Notes under the pieces: model-generated | The model's database searches: none | Seen by the model: the letters and a program-made list of their open reading frames with translations, nothing else | What the model was told of the DNA's origin: nothing | Shown: in pieces, positions 8,328 to 15,761 of the stretch | Layout of the letters: each line of letters opens with the position of its first letter | Numbering within the stretch: the first letter of the stretch is position 1 | Source: a virus | Strand: one strand, 5' to 3' | Length of the DNA: 35,104 nucleotides | Virus genome (UHGV): UHGV-2053148 | Program-made: the position numbers and the translations under genes

Positions 8328-8836
8328 TCCCATCCATCGACCAGACCATGTGCCGGCGCCTCATTGAACGCCTCAAGAGCCTGGGAGCGCTGAAGTGCCA
8401 CATCTTCGAACGGCCCTTCGACCCCCAGTATGCCGCCAATGACATCATCATGTCGGCGATGGGAAACAACGGCGTGGTGCTGGTGTGTCCGGGAGACGCG
8501 GACGAATACCAGGACGGGCACGGGCAGACGGAAGCGCCGACCATGTGGCGGCAGTATTTCATCATTGCCGCCGTCTACCACAACGCGGCCCTGTTCCCCC
8601 CGGAATGCCTGACGCCCGCCTACTACCTGCGGGCGGTAGGCGACGAAATTGAAGAAGCCCTGTGGAACTGGAACCCTTTTCCCTTTGCCGCGCCTGCGAT
8701 GATGAAACCGAAAATCAAAGGCCGTTTTTCCTCTTCCGCCGTCATCGACGGCGAGAAGCGGCAAATGAACGTTTTGACCGTGGATTACCGCGTCCCGGTC
8801 AATATTAACATCAGAAACAACCCACAATTCCAATGA
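8324..8836 (+). CDS. Hypothetical neck or tail-completion protein (170 aa)
   Basis: ATG 8324 overlaps the upstream TGA (ATGA). Sequence MIPSIDQTMCRRLIERLKSL... Confidence 0.4.
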   Translation: MIPSIDQTMCRRLIERLKSLGALKCHIFERPFDPQYAANDIIMSAMGNNGVVLVCPGDADEYQDGHGQTEAPTMWRQYFIIAAVYHNAALFPPECLTPAYYLRAVGDEIEEALWNWNPFPFAAPAMMKPKIKGRFSSSAVIDGEKRQMNVLTVDYRVPVNINIRNNPQFQ

Positions 8837-9141
8837 GCAGAAGAGCAACAAAGAAGAAACAGGACGCCAGGCAAGTCCCGGCGGAACCCGAAGCAGCCGG
8901 GGAATCTCCCGACCAAACACAGGCAACGCCGGATGAACTCCGGGAATCCGACGATGAACCATCGTCCACGACCGGCCAAACGCCGGCAACGCCCGGCAAG
9001 AAGGCCGTCCGGGTCATTTGCACCCGTGCGGAACTGGACGGGGGGCTGGTCATCAGCCTCTCCATGAAAACCGACACCCCGGAACTTCCCGCGACCATCG
9101 CGGAAGCTCTGGCAACCCTCAACCTTGTTGACATCAAATGA
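8833..9141 (+). CDS. Hypothetical protein (102 aa, low-complexity acidic N-terminus)
   Basis: ATGA coupling to the previous gene. Confidence 0.35.
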   Translation: MSRRATKKKQDARQVPAEPEAAGESPDQTQATPDELRESDDEPSSTTGQTPATPGKKAVRVICTRAELDGGLVISLSMKTDTPELPATIAEALATLNLVDIK

Positions 9142-9335
9142 GCAAAGCAACTGCAGCCAACACCGAACCGGAGAAGAAGACGGAGCAGGCCGCCGTCATC
9201 GACACGAAGATCCGTTTTCTCGCAAGGAAAACACATATAGGGCGTTCAACGTTCTTGAAAGGAGCCGAAATCCGTGTTACGAAAGAACTCGCCGATAAGC
9301 TGGAAGCCGACGGCAAGGCAACCATCATCTACTAA
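9138..9335 (+). CDS. Hypothetical small protein (65 aa)
   Basis: ATGA coupling. Lys-rich. Confidence 0.3.
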   Translation: MSKATAANTEPEKKTEQAAVIDTKIRFLARKTHIGRSTFLKGAEIRVTKELADKLEADGKATIIY

Positions 9336-9442
9336 CCATTTCAAGCATCAGGGCAACTACATACGATCCCACCTTTACCAACCGCAATGTAACGCCGCAG
9401 ATTACCGGCGTTCTGGCTATTTTCCTCCCCGACGGCATCAAA

Positions 9443-10000
9443 GTGACCGAGGATGAGGGAGCCTCTTACGTTACCGGCCCCGGGCAATATCCGGAGCCTC
9501 CCGCCAATCCTCCGACCGATCCGACCGCCGGTCCGGAAGCGCCCTGGGTGAGTTTCGGGCTGTTGGGCGCGTTCCAGTCCGTCGCCACACAGGTTGAAGG
9601 GGAAGTAACGCGCTTTTACGGCGGCAATCTCGGCTACCGGCAGCAGCGCAAGAACACGACCACCGGCAAGCGGTTGACGTTCACCACGCCGGACATGTCC
9701 CCGGAATATTTCCAACTGGCGTTCGCGCTGGGAGCTGCCCCCGCCAACGGAGAGGAATCGACCACCGTCGGCCATGGCGGGGATAATAAAATTTCCGGCC
9801 ATATCCGTTTCTGGTATCAGAACGACGTGGGGACGGTGTACTTGACGGGCGTGGCGCACGGAGATTTGCGCCTCCTGCAGGACCCCGAACACACCACGGC
9901 GATCGCTTCACCCCAGTTCGAGTTCGAAATGGATTACCGCGGCGACTACAATTTCACGCCTTCCAATGTGCAGGACGTGACGCCGACGCCGGGTTCCTGA
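9443..10000 (+). CDS. Putative major tail (tube) protein. ORF-track start is GTG 9443; an alternative in-frame CAGG start at 9350 is preceded by AACCATT.
   Basis: 185-aa beta-rich protein after the connector genes, followed by a strong terminator (typical for abundant tail tube genes). The upstream in-frame stretch MATTYDPTFTNRNVTPQITGVLAIFLPDGIKV looks coding. Confidence 0.4.
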   Translation: MTEDEGASYVTGPGQYPEPPANPPTDPTAGPEAPWVSFGLLGAFQSVATQVEGEVTRFYGGNLGYRQQRKNTTTGKRLTFTTPDMSPEYFQLAFALGAAPANGEESTTVGHGGDNKISGHIRFWYQNDVGTVYLTGVAHGDLRLLQDPEHTTAIASPQFEFEMDYRGDYNFTPSNVQDVTPTPGS

Positions 10001-10001
10001 C

Positions 10002-12059
10002 GTGTTTCACCAGGGGGCGCGCTGCGCCCCCGCATCCTCTTTTTTTCCCAGGCAGCAGGCAGGCAAATACGATATCCGGACCGTCACGGGGCTGAACCAG
10101 TCGCTGGTCGTCCGTGTGGTAGATTTTCAGGGGGATCCCGTGGACATGAGCGGCGTCACCCTGCGCGGCGCTGTCCGTCTCAAGACGGGCGTCGCCGAGT
10201 TCGGCTTTTCCCGCGATGACGAGGGTAACGGCGTGCTTTCCTGGGCTTCGGTGCCTGCGGGCAGGTGGTCCTACGACGTCTTCATGGACGACGGAAACGA
10301 GGAAAGTCCGCTGCTCTACGGCTGCTTTGTTTCTGCGGGCCGGGTGACGCCGGACTTGCCCGACGAACAGCAGGCCGTGGCGGGCGCGGTCGTCGTGCAG
10401 CTGCCGGAAGGAAGCGGCTGCGTGCAGGTCATGCTTGACAACGCGTCCAGCGCCGCCTGGTACGCGGAACAGGCCAAAAAGTACGCCGAGAATTTTAATC
10501 TGTCCGTGGGTCAGGTCACCACCGGGGAACCGGGGACGCCCGCCAACGCGGAAGCCGTCAAGGGAACTGAATCAGGATCCTATCTGCTCAATTTCACGAT
10601 TCCCCGCGGGGATGTTGGTCCTCAGGGACCGTCAGGCCCGCAGGGTGAACGGGGTGAAACCGGCCCCGAAGGGCCGCAAGGCCCACGCGGCGAAACCGGG
10701 GAACGTGGACCTCAGGGAGATACGGGCGAGCAGGGACCGAAGGGAGAGACAGGCCCGGCGGGGCCCCAAGGCCCGGAGGGCCCCCAGGGGCCGGAAGGTC
10801 CGGCAGGACCCCAGGGACCACAAGGGGAAAAGGGAGAGCCCGGGACGCTGACGTCCAACGTCGGCGACGTCAACATCGGGGGAGCCCTGACCGCTGAATC
10901 GGCTACTATCAACGGGCCTCTGGTCGTCAACAACCCGGACGGAAGCGGAAGCGCCGGAACCCTGAATCAGATTTACGGAATCACCAGGTTTTATCAGTCC
11001 GTTGATCTTCGTTCGGGCGGCTGGCTGCGCGGGACATTCATGGTAGAGACCGGCATCCTGAATATTTCCCAGGGCGCCAGCTTCAACTGCGCGGGGGCGG
11101 CCACGTTCTCAAGCGCCGTCAACGCCAACGGCGGCATCAACATCCCGCTTGCCGCGGGCGCGCCGGCCAATGAATCCGGCGTCAACCGGCTTTATGCGGC
11201 GGGCATGGGAGGCGCGGCCAATACTTATACGGCAGGGGCGTTTCTGAATACGGACTCCCTGACCACGACCGGGACGGCCACGGTTACTAAAACGGTTCCC
11301 TGGCAGATGGCCCGCATCGGTATTCCCGCGGGATCTCACACAACCATTCAGGCTCCCTTTGAAGGACCCTCTTCCCAATGGAATTACTCTTCCTGGGCCG
11401 GCTTTTCGTTTGTCTGGCGGGCTACCGCCGCCGCAAAGCTGACGATGGGCATCGGACGCGGAGCGAAAACAATCAGGACGGACCTCACCACGGATTCCTA
11501 CACGATCATTCCGGGGAATGGCCTGGCCTTTAATTCCGGGGAGATTCTGGACATCACCTTTGACAATGTGAGAGACACGGCCCGCAACGGCTACACGGTG
11601 CGGGTGCGTGAGATTTACGCGCTCAACTCCACGGATGGGTGGCAGGTCAAGACGACGACCAGCTTTATTCCCGCGACGCAGAACGAGCCCATCCCGTGGA
11701 CGGTCTGCAAGATTATTTACCAGCAGCAGGCGGTTGCCAACAGCAGCGTTTATGAAAACCTGGGAGGGCTCTGGCTGATGGTCACGGGAGCGCAAACCAA
11801 TAATCTGTACAAAATCGCCACTTGCCGCGGCGTCTCCAATTTTGAGACCGGCGTCGGCGTTTCCCGGTGGGTGACGGACGTGATCAACATCACCAGCGGA
11901 ACGGCTTCCGTTTACGCCGGGCCCGGCGAATATGCCTATTACCAGCCGGGGAATATCAACCCGCTTTTCTACGGGTTGGACGCGATAGGAACGAATGCCG
12001 TTGAATCCGAGGAAACCGCAGCTTTTGAAGATATTAACGTACCCATTGAAGAATCATGA
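10002..12059 (+). CDS. Tail fiber protein with collagen-like triple-helix repeats. The true start is probably downstream of the terminator (CAGG 10050 or ATG 10146).
   Basis: 26 consecutive G-X-Y triplets ([76 protein letters not shown]). C-terminal beta-rich receptor-binding region. Confidence 0.8.
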   Translation: MFHQGARCAPASSFFPRQQAGKYDIRTVTGLNQSLVVRVVDFQGDPVDMSGVTLRGAVRLKTGVAEFGFSRDDEGNGVLSWASVPAGRWSYDVFMDDGNEESPLLYGCFVSAGRVTPDLPDEQQAVAGAVVVQLPEGSGCVQVMLDNASSAAWYAEQAKKYAENFNLSVGQVTTGEPGTPANAEAVKGTESGSYLLNFTIPRGDVGPQGPSGPQGERGETGPEGPQGPRGETGERGPQGDTGEQGPKGETGPAGPQGPEGPQGPEGPAGPQGPQGEKGEPGTLTSNVGDVNIGGALTAESATINGPLVVNNPDGSGSAGTLNQIYGITRFYQSVDLRSGGWLRGTFMVETGILNISQGASFNCAGAATFSSAVNANGGINIPLAAGAPANESGVNRLYAAGMGGAANTYTAGAFLNTDSLTTTGTATVTKTVPWQMARIGIPAGSHTTIQAPFEGPSSQWNYSSWAGFSFVWRATAAAKLTMGIGRGAKTIRTDLTTDSYTIIPGNGLAFNSGEILDITFDNVRDTARNGYTVRVREIYALNSTDGWQVKTTTSFIPATQNEPIPWTVCKIIYQQQAVANSSVYENLGGLWLMVTGAQTNNLYKIATCRGVSNFETGVGVSRWVTDVINITSGTASVYAGPGEYAYYQPGNINPLFYGLDAIGTNAVESEETAAFEDINVPIEES
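10013..10046 (+). terminator. Rho-independent terminator or attenuator (8-bp GC stem GGGGGCGC/GCGCCCCC, loop GCT, then TCTTTTTTT)
   Basis: Perfect 8-bp GC stem at 10013-10031 followed by a T7 run at 10040-10046. It lies inside the ORF-track N-terminal extension of the fiber gene. Confidence 0.6.
10608..10844 (+). repeat. Collagen-like (Gly-X-Y)n coding repeat inside the tail fiber gene
   Basis: About 79 codons of GXY. Gives a GGNCCN-periodic DNA repeat and spurious ORFs on both strands. Confidence 0.8.
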
Positions 12060-12460
12060 ACGACGGAGAAATACAAATTCAGTTTCCTAAGCCCGGTAAC
12101 TGGCAGGAATTCATCCTGACAGCCATCTATCAGGATGCGGACGGGTTCACCCGTGTGGCCCGTTACACGCCTGCCGAAATTCCAGCGGAACAGGCCCCGG
12201 CCATGCAGGCGGTAGTGGCCGCGTTGGTTGGATTGTCGGAGCCATGGAAGGCCTGTCAGGTATGGGCGCGGCTGTGTGTGACTATGAATTATGATACTGC
12301 AAATGATCATAGCGAATATGTTTTTGCCGTGGATTTGACCGTGGAGGCCGTCAATCCTCAGGGCGGGCGCAGGGTGTTTACTTCCCGTGATTACCCGGCT
12401 TTTGTGATCACTGATCCTGCCGCCGTGGAGTTTTTCAAGTTTTTCACTACTAATCAATAA
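12056..12460 (+). CDS. Hypothetical protein downstream of the fiber (possible fiber assembly or accessory protein)
   Basis: ATGA overlap with the fiber stop. 134 aa. Confidence 0.4.
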   Translation: MNDGEIQIQFPKPGNWQEFILTAIYQDADGFTRVARYTPAEIPAEQAPAMQAVVAALVGLSEPWKACQVWARLCVTMNYDTANDHSEYVFAVDLTVEAVNPQGGRRVFTSRDYPAFVITDPAAVEFFKFFTTNQ

Positions 12461-12472
12461 CAACATAATCAT

Positions 12473-12925
12473 ATGACTACTAATAATCAATGCAATCATG
12501 CCGAGGCGATAGCCAAGGATTTTTACAGGGTAGTTTCCGAGGATAACGGCGGCGGCTGGAAGTCCTGGGAAGATTTAACCGATTCACAGCGGTCCGCGTT
12601 TGTGCGATTGGCGCAGCAAGCCCTGCCCATTATTGGCAGGCATGCGCTGGGGGATGTCCGTGACTATCTCGGTATTAAGGCTGCCGGCAAGTCTAGCTGG
12701 TGGGAAAAGGCCCTGTATGCCGCCGGAGCAGTTATTGCCGGGGCTATCCTTGGCGGCTTGGGAATGTCCCTCTCCGGCTGCGGGCACTCCGTGGACGTGA
12801 CGCCGGAAAAGACGGTGGTCTGTAAGGACGGCTCCTGCCTGGTGCTGGAACCGGGGCATATCTCCTACAGTCAGTCCCAGCCGGAAACGGATGTTCCTCC
12901 CATCGTGCAAACCATCAAGAAATAA
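12473..12925 (+). CDS. Membrane protein (single central TM), possible lysis-associated protein
   Basis: TM segment ALYAAGAVIAGAILGGLGMSL followed by a Cys-containing C-terminal tail. Heads a cluster that ends in the endolysin. Confidence 0.35.
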   Translation: MTTNNQCNHAEAIAKDFYRVVSEDNGGGWKSWEDLTDSQRSAFVRLAQQALPIIGRHALGDVRDYLGIKAAGKSSWWEKALYAAGAVIAGAILGGLGMSLSGCGHSVDVTPEKTVVCKDGSCLVLEPGHISYSQSQPETDVPPIVQTIKK

Positions 12926-12929
12926 CGCC

Positions 12930-13181
12930 ATGTGTAAGCTCTCCGAAGTACCGGCGCGGTTCCTGGATTTTGCCAAGGCTTCCCCCCTGCTTGCCTGCGT
13001 CATACTCTCGCTGGTCATTTGCGGTGCCGCCTGCTGGTACATCGGAGATGTCATGGGGCACCACAATGACAGGCTTTGCGACCTGATGACCATGCAGACA
13101 CAGGCCCAGGTGGAGACCGCCAAAGTGCTCCAACTGCTTGCCGTCAGAATCGAAAACATAGAAAGAAAACTGGAAAAGTGA
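12930..13181 (+). CDS. Small membrane protein with N-terminal TM plus coiled-coil C-terminus (holin or i-spanin-like)
   Basis: ATG 12930 (MCKLSEV...). TM ASPLLACVILSLVICGAACWYIG, then a heptad-like C-terminus ending RIENIERKLEK. Confidence 0.4.
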   Translation: MCKLSEVPARFLDFAKASPLLACVILSLVICGAACWYIGDVMGHHNDRLCDLMTMQTQAQVETAKVLQLLAVRIENIERKLEK

Positions 13182-13330
13182 ATAAGCTGCTGAACCCTTC
13201 CGTTCTGCTTCCCTTGATAGGGTGCGTGATGGGCATTGCTTTTGCCGCATTCGACGACACGGTGGCGGGTGTTGCGGCGTTCTGTTTTCCCATCGCTACT
13301 ATGGTACTCTTGCGAGCATCGGGAAACTGA
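13178..13330 (+). CDS. Small hydrophobic two-segment membrane protein (holin-like). Has a possible lipobox LIGC.
   Basis: GTG 13178 overlaps the previous stop. VNKLLNPSVLLPLIGCVMGIAFAAFDDTVAGVAAFCFPIATMVLL. Immediately upstream of the endolysin. Confidence 0.35.
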   Translation: MNKLLNPSVLLPLIGCVMGIAFAAFDDTVAGVAAFCFPIATMVLLRASGN

Positions 13331-13395
13331 CCAACTGTAAAGTTTTTCTTACAAGTTCAACAATATTAACAATCAACCATTAAAGGAGAATAATC

Positions 13396-13926
13396 AGGAA
13401 AATAGCCATTGATATAGGCCACGCCAACAACACCGGAACCCGCGGAAACGGGCTTGAAGAACACGCCGTCGTCACGACTATCGCCGAACGCCTCGCCCCC
13501 ATGCTGGAACGGCTGGGAGCCCGGGTGGACGTGATTGACTTCCCCAAGATGACCAATGCCCAGGACTTGAGCGATACCATCAAGGCCGCCAACGAAGGAG
13601 GCTATGACTTCGGAATTTCATTGCATTGCGATTCGGCCGACAATCCCCAGGCTCATGGCGCTCATGTATGTTTCTACCCGGGAAGCGTTAAAGGAAGCCG
13701 GCTTGCCATATGCATCGCGGAACCTCTTTCCCGGCTGCTGCCCGGACGGGCCAACACTGTGCAGTCGCGCCCGGGACTGGCCGTCCTGAAAAAGACCCGC
13801 TGTCCGTGGGTGCTCTGCGAATGCGGCTTCATCACCAATCCTGAAAACGCCTCTATTTTGAAGGACCATCCCGGACGCATTGCCGAAGCCATTGCGGAAG
13901 GGGTGAAGGACTACCTCAACCAGTAA
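13396..13926 (+). CDS. N-acetylmuramoyl-L-alanine amidase (Amidase_3) endolysin. The first ATG (13501) is internal; proposed AGG start at 13396 with a perfect SD.
   Basis: The upstream in-frame stretch encodes KIAIDIGHANNTGTRGNGLEEHAVVTTIAERLAPMLERLGARVDVIDF, the conserved Zn-binding N-terminal core of Amidase_3. Only TAA 13381-13383 lies upstream of it. AAGGAG at 13383-13388, a 7-nt spacer, then CAGG at 13395-13398. The C-terminus carries amidase motifs (VLCECGFITN). Confidence 0.85.
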   Translation, partial: RKIAIDIGHANNTGTRGNGLEEHAVVTTIAERLAPMLERLGARVDVIDFPKMTNAQDLSDTIKAANEGGYDFGISLHCDSADNPQAHGAHVCFYPGSVKGSRLAICIAEPLSRLLPGRANTVQSRPGLAVLKKTRCPWVLCECGFITNPENASILKDHPGRIAEAIAEGVKDYLNQ

Positions 13927-13932
13927 CCGCCC

Positions 13933-15447
13933 ATGACTTACCAGGCCCCCTACGCGGCGCGCTACGTTTCCGCCGCCGGCAACCAGATCCAGCTGCTCAA
14001 CCTCTGGGACGATACGCCGGAGCCTCCCCGCTTCGGCGGGTCCATGGAGGCATTTGAAACGTCGCTGGTAGACGGACCGCGAGCGTTCGCGCAGGGGCTG
14101 GGAAGCGCTGTGGAGCAGCGCACCATCGCGTTTTACCGCTGGTTTACGGATTATCAGGATATGGCCTCCTATCAGGAGAACCTGGCGTTGTGGCTGGCCA
14201 GCAATCAGAACGGCTATCTGTACCTGCAGTTCGCCGAACAGCCGCAATGGCGGTTTGCCGCCGTCATCACCGGCTACCAGTTTGAGACGGAGAACTTCGT
14301 TCCTCCGCCGTCTCCCGAAGACGGCTATCTGTGCCTGCTGGTCACGCTGACCATGACGGTCACCGACCGGACCCCGGACAATTCCAACTGGATATTCAGC
14401 GTGACGCCCTCTTCTTTCGACGTTCCCGTCAAGGGAGGCGAATACACCGTTAATGTGGAATCGTCGTTCAGCCCTGGACCGGTAGGTCAGGGGTGGCAGA
14501 TTGCCGACGTTTCCGAAGGATTAACCGTTTCCGATATCGTCAACGGCAACAACGGGACATTCAAGGTTATCGTCGCGGCCAATGAAGGAGACCAGGACAG
14601 GACCATGTCGCTCCAGGTCATTCAGGACGGAACAGGACAGGCTGTTGAGGTTGAATTTCGTCAGCTTCAACCCTCTTACTCATTCAGCCTTGCTCCAACC
14701 CAGGTACAGGTTCCCGTTACTGGCGGAAGCTACCAGGTCCAGGTGACTTCCTATTATGACCCGGGAGCAGTCAGCGTTGACTGGACGCCCAATTCTCCCA
14801 GCTCTTCCGTTGTCATTTCCGATATCACGAACGGAAATAACGGGTCATTCACGTTAACCGCGGCGCCCAATGAAGGAGCGGCCGGCTCCGTCGTCGTTTC
14901 CGCGACACAGGCGGATTCCGGTTTAAAACAGACAATCCGCGTATTGAGGGCAGGACTGGTCACCCGAAATCATCAGCTTCCCCCGCCCGGAGGGGAATAC
15001 TCGGATAATCCGATGAGTTATTCCTCATGGAGGTTTATTCCCTCGGACGTTTATCCGGACTTCCCGGAAGGCAACCCCGAAGGAAAGGGACTGACGCTGC
15101 AGGAAATCATCACGACGAACCCCACCAGCTCCAATTCCGGCACGTTAACGCTTTACCGGGTGGAAAACGGGTCTGCCTCTCTTCTGGCGACCAGCAGCGA
15201 GGCGGTTTCCACCGGAGAGGGCGGAAACGTGAAATGGACGTTTTCTCCCGGCGTGGAAATCCGCTCGGACTGGCAGCTGGTCGTGGAAAACCAGAACGGA
15301 ATCTATGAGCAGCATGCCATGCTGGAAAGCCCCCAGTCATTTGACGGTCTCGGAGACGAGGCCTACCCCGCGGCAGCCACGGCGGCCGGGCGTACGTTCG
15401 GATTATCCCTCGTCATCCGCTACACTTCCACCGAATACCCATCTTAA
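13933..15447 (+). CDS. Tail protein with two tandem Ig-like/BACON-like beta-sandwich repeats (possible major tail protein with decoration domains, or an adhesin)
   Basis: Two internal repeats of about 90 aa (residues ~155-245 and ~250-340) with conserved W...G.G...V.V..N.G..R pattern. Lies upstream of the chaperone-like ORF and the TMP. Confidence 0.5.
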   Translation: MTYQAPYAARYVSAAGNQIQLLNLWDDTPEPPRFGGSMEAFETSLVDGPRAFAQGLGSAVEQRTIAFYRWFTDYQDMASYQENLALWLASNQNGYLYLQFAEQPQWRFAAVITGYQFETENFVPPPSPEDGYLCLLVTLTMTVTDRTPDNSNWIFSVTPSSFDVPVKGGEYTVNVESSFSPGPVGQGWQIADVSEGLTVSDIVNGNNGTFKVIVAANEGDQDRTMSLQVIQDGTGQAVEVEFRQLQPSYSFSLAPTQVQVPVTGGSYQVQVTSYYDPGAVSVDWTPNSPSSSVVISDITNGNNGSFTLTAAPNEGAAGSVVVSATQADSGLKQTIRVLRAGLVTRNHQLPPPGGEYSDNPMSYSSWRFIPSDVYPDFPEGNPEGKGLTLQEIITTNPTSSNSGTLTLYRVENGSASLLATSSEAVSTGEGGNVKWTFSPGVEIRSDWQLVVENQNGIYEQHAMLESPQSFDGLGDEAYPAAATAAGRTFGLSLVIRYTSTEYPS

Positions 15448-15461
15448 CAGAATAATCCATC

Positions 15462-15743
15462 ATGAACGAACAACAACAAAACGGAATAGAACGGCTTTTC
15501 GTCGAATTTGCCGAAGAGTGCGGCAAGAACCCGAACCTGAACCAGGCGGTGCAGGAATTGAAGGAAAGCGTCTTTGCTGCCTCTCAAGCCGCCGGCGTCG
15601 ATCCTTCCCATGCCTTCGGCGTCATCATCCGCGATATGATGATTCTGGAATCCTTGCAGAAACGCGTGGAAGAATCCCGCAACGCCCTCACCGCCGGGAA
15701 ACTGCCCGCTTTCGTCATCGAAGAAGCCCGCGAACAACAATAA
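15462..15743 (+). CDS. Putative tail assembly chaperone (93 aa, acidic, helical)
   Basis: Small acidic ORF immediately upstream of the tape-measure-like gene. Confidence 0.35.
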   Translation: MNEQQQNGIERLFVEFAEECGKNPNLNQAVQELKESVFAASQAAGVDPSHAFGVIIRDMMILESLQKRVEESRNALTAGKLPAFVIEEAREQQ

Positions 15744-15761
15744 CCCTCCACCTTTACCACC

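Noticed and set aside
10435-10933. Possible tandem DNA repeat or CRISPR-like periodicity at 10600-10850
   Set aside because: The periodicity is 9-nt collagen G-X-Y coding repeats within the fiber gene. There are no spacer/repeat architecture and no cas genes. No CRISPR array is present in the window.
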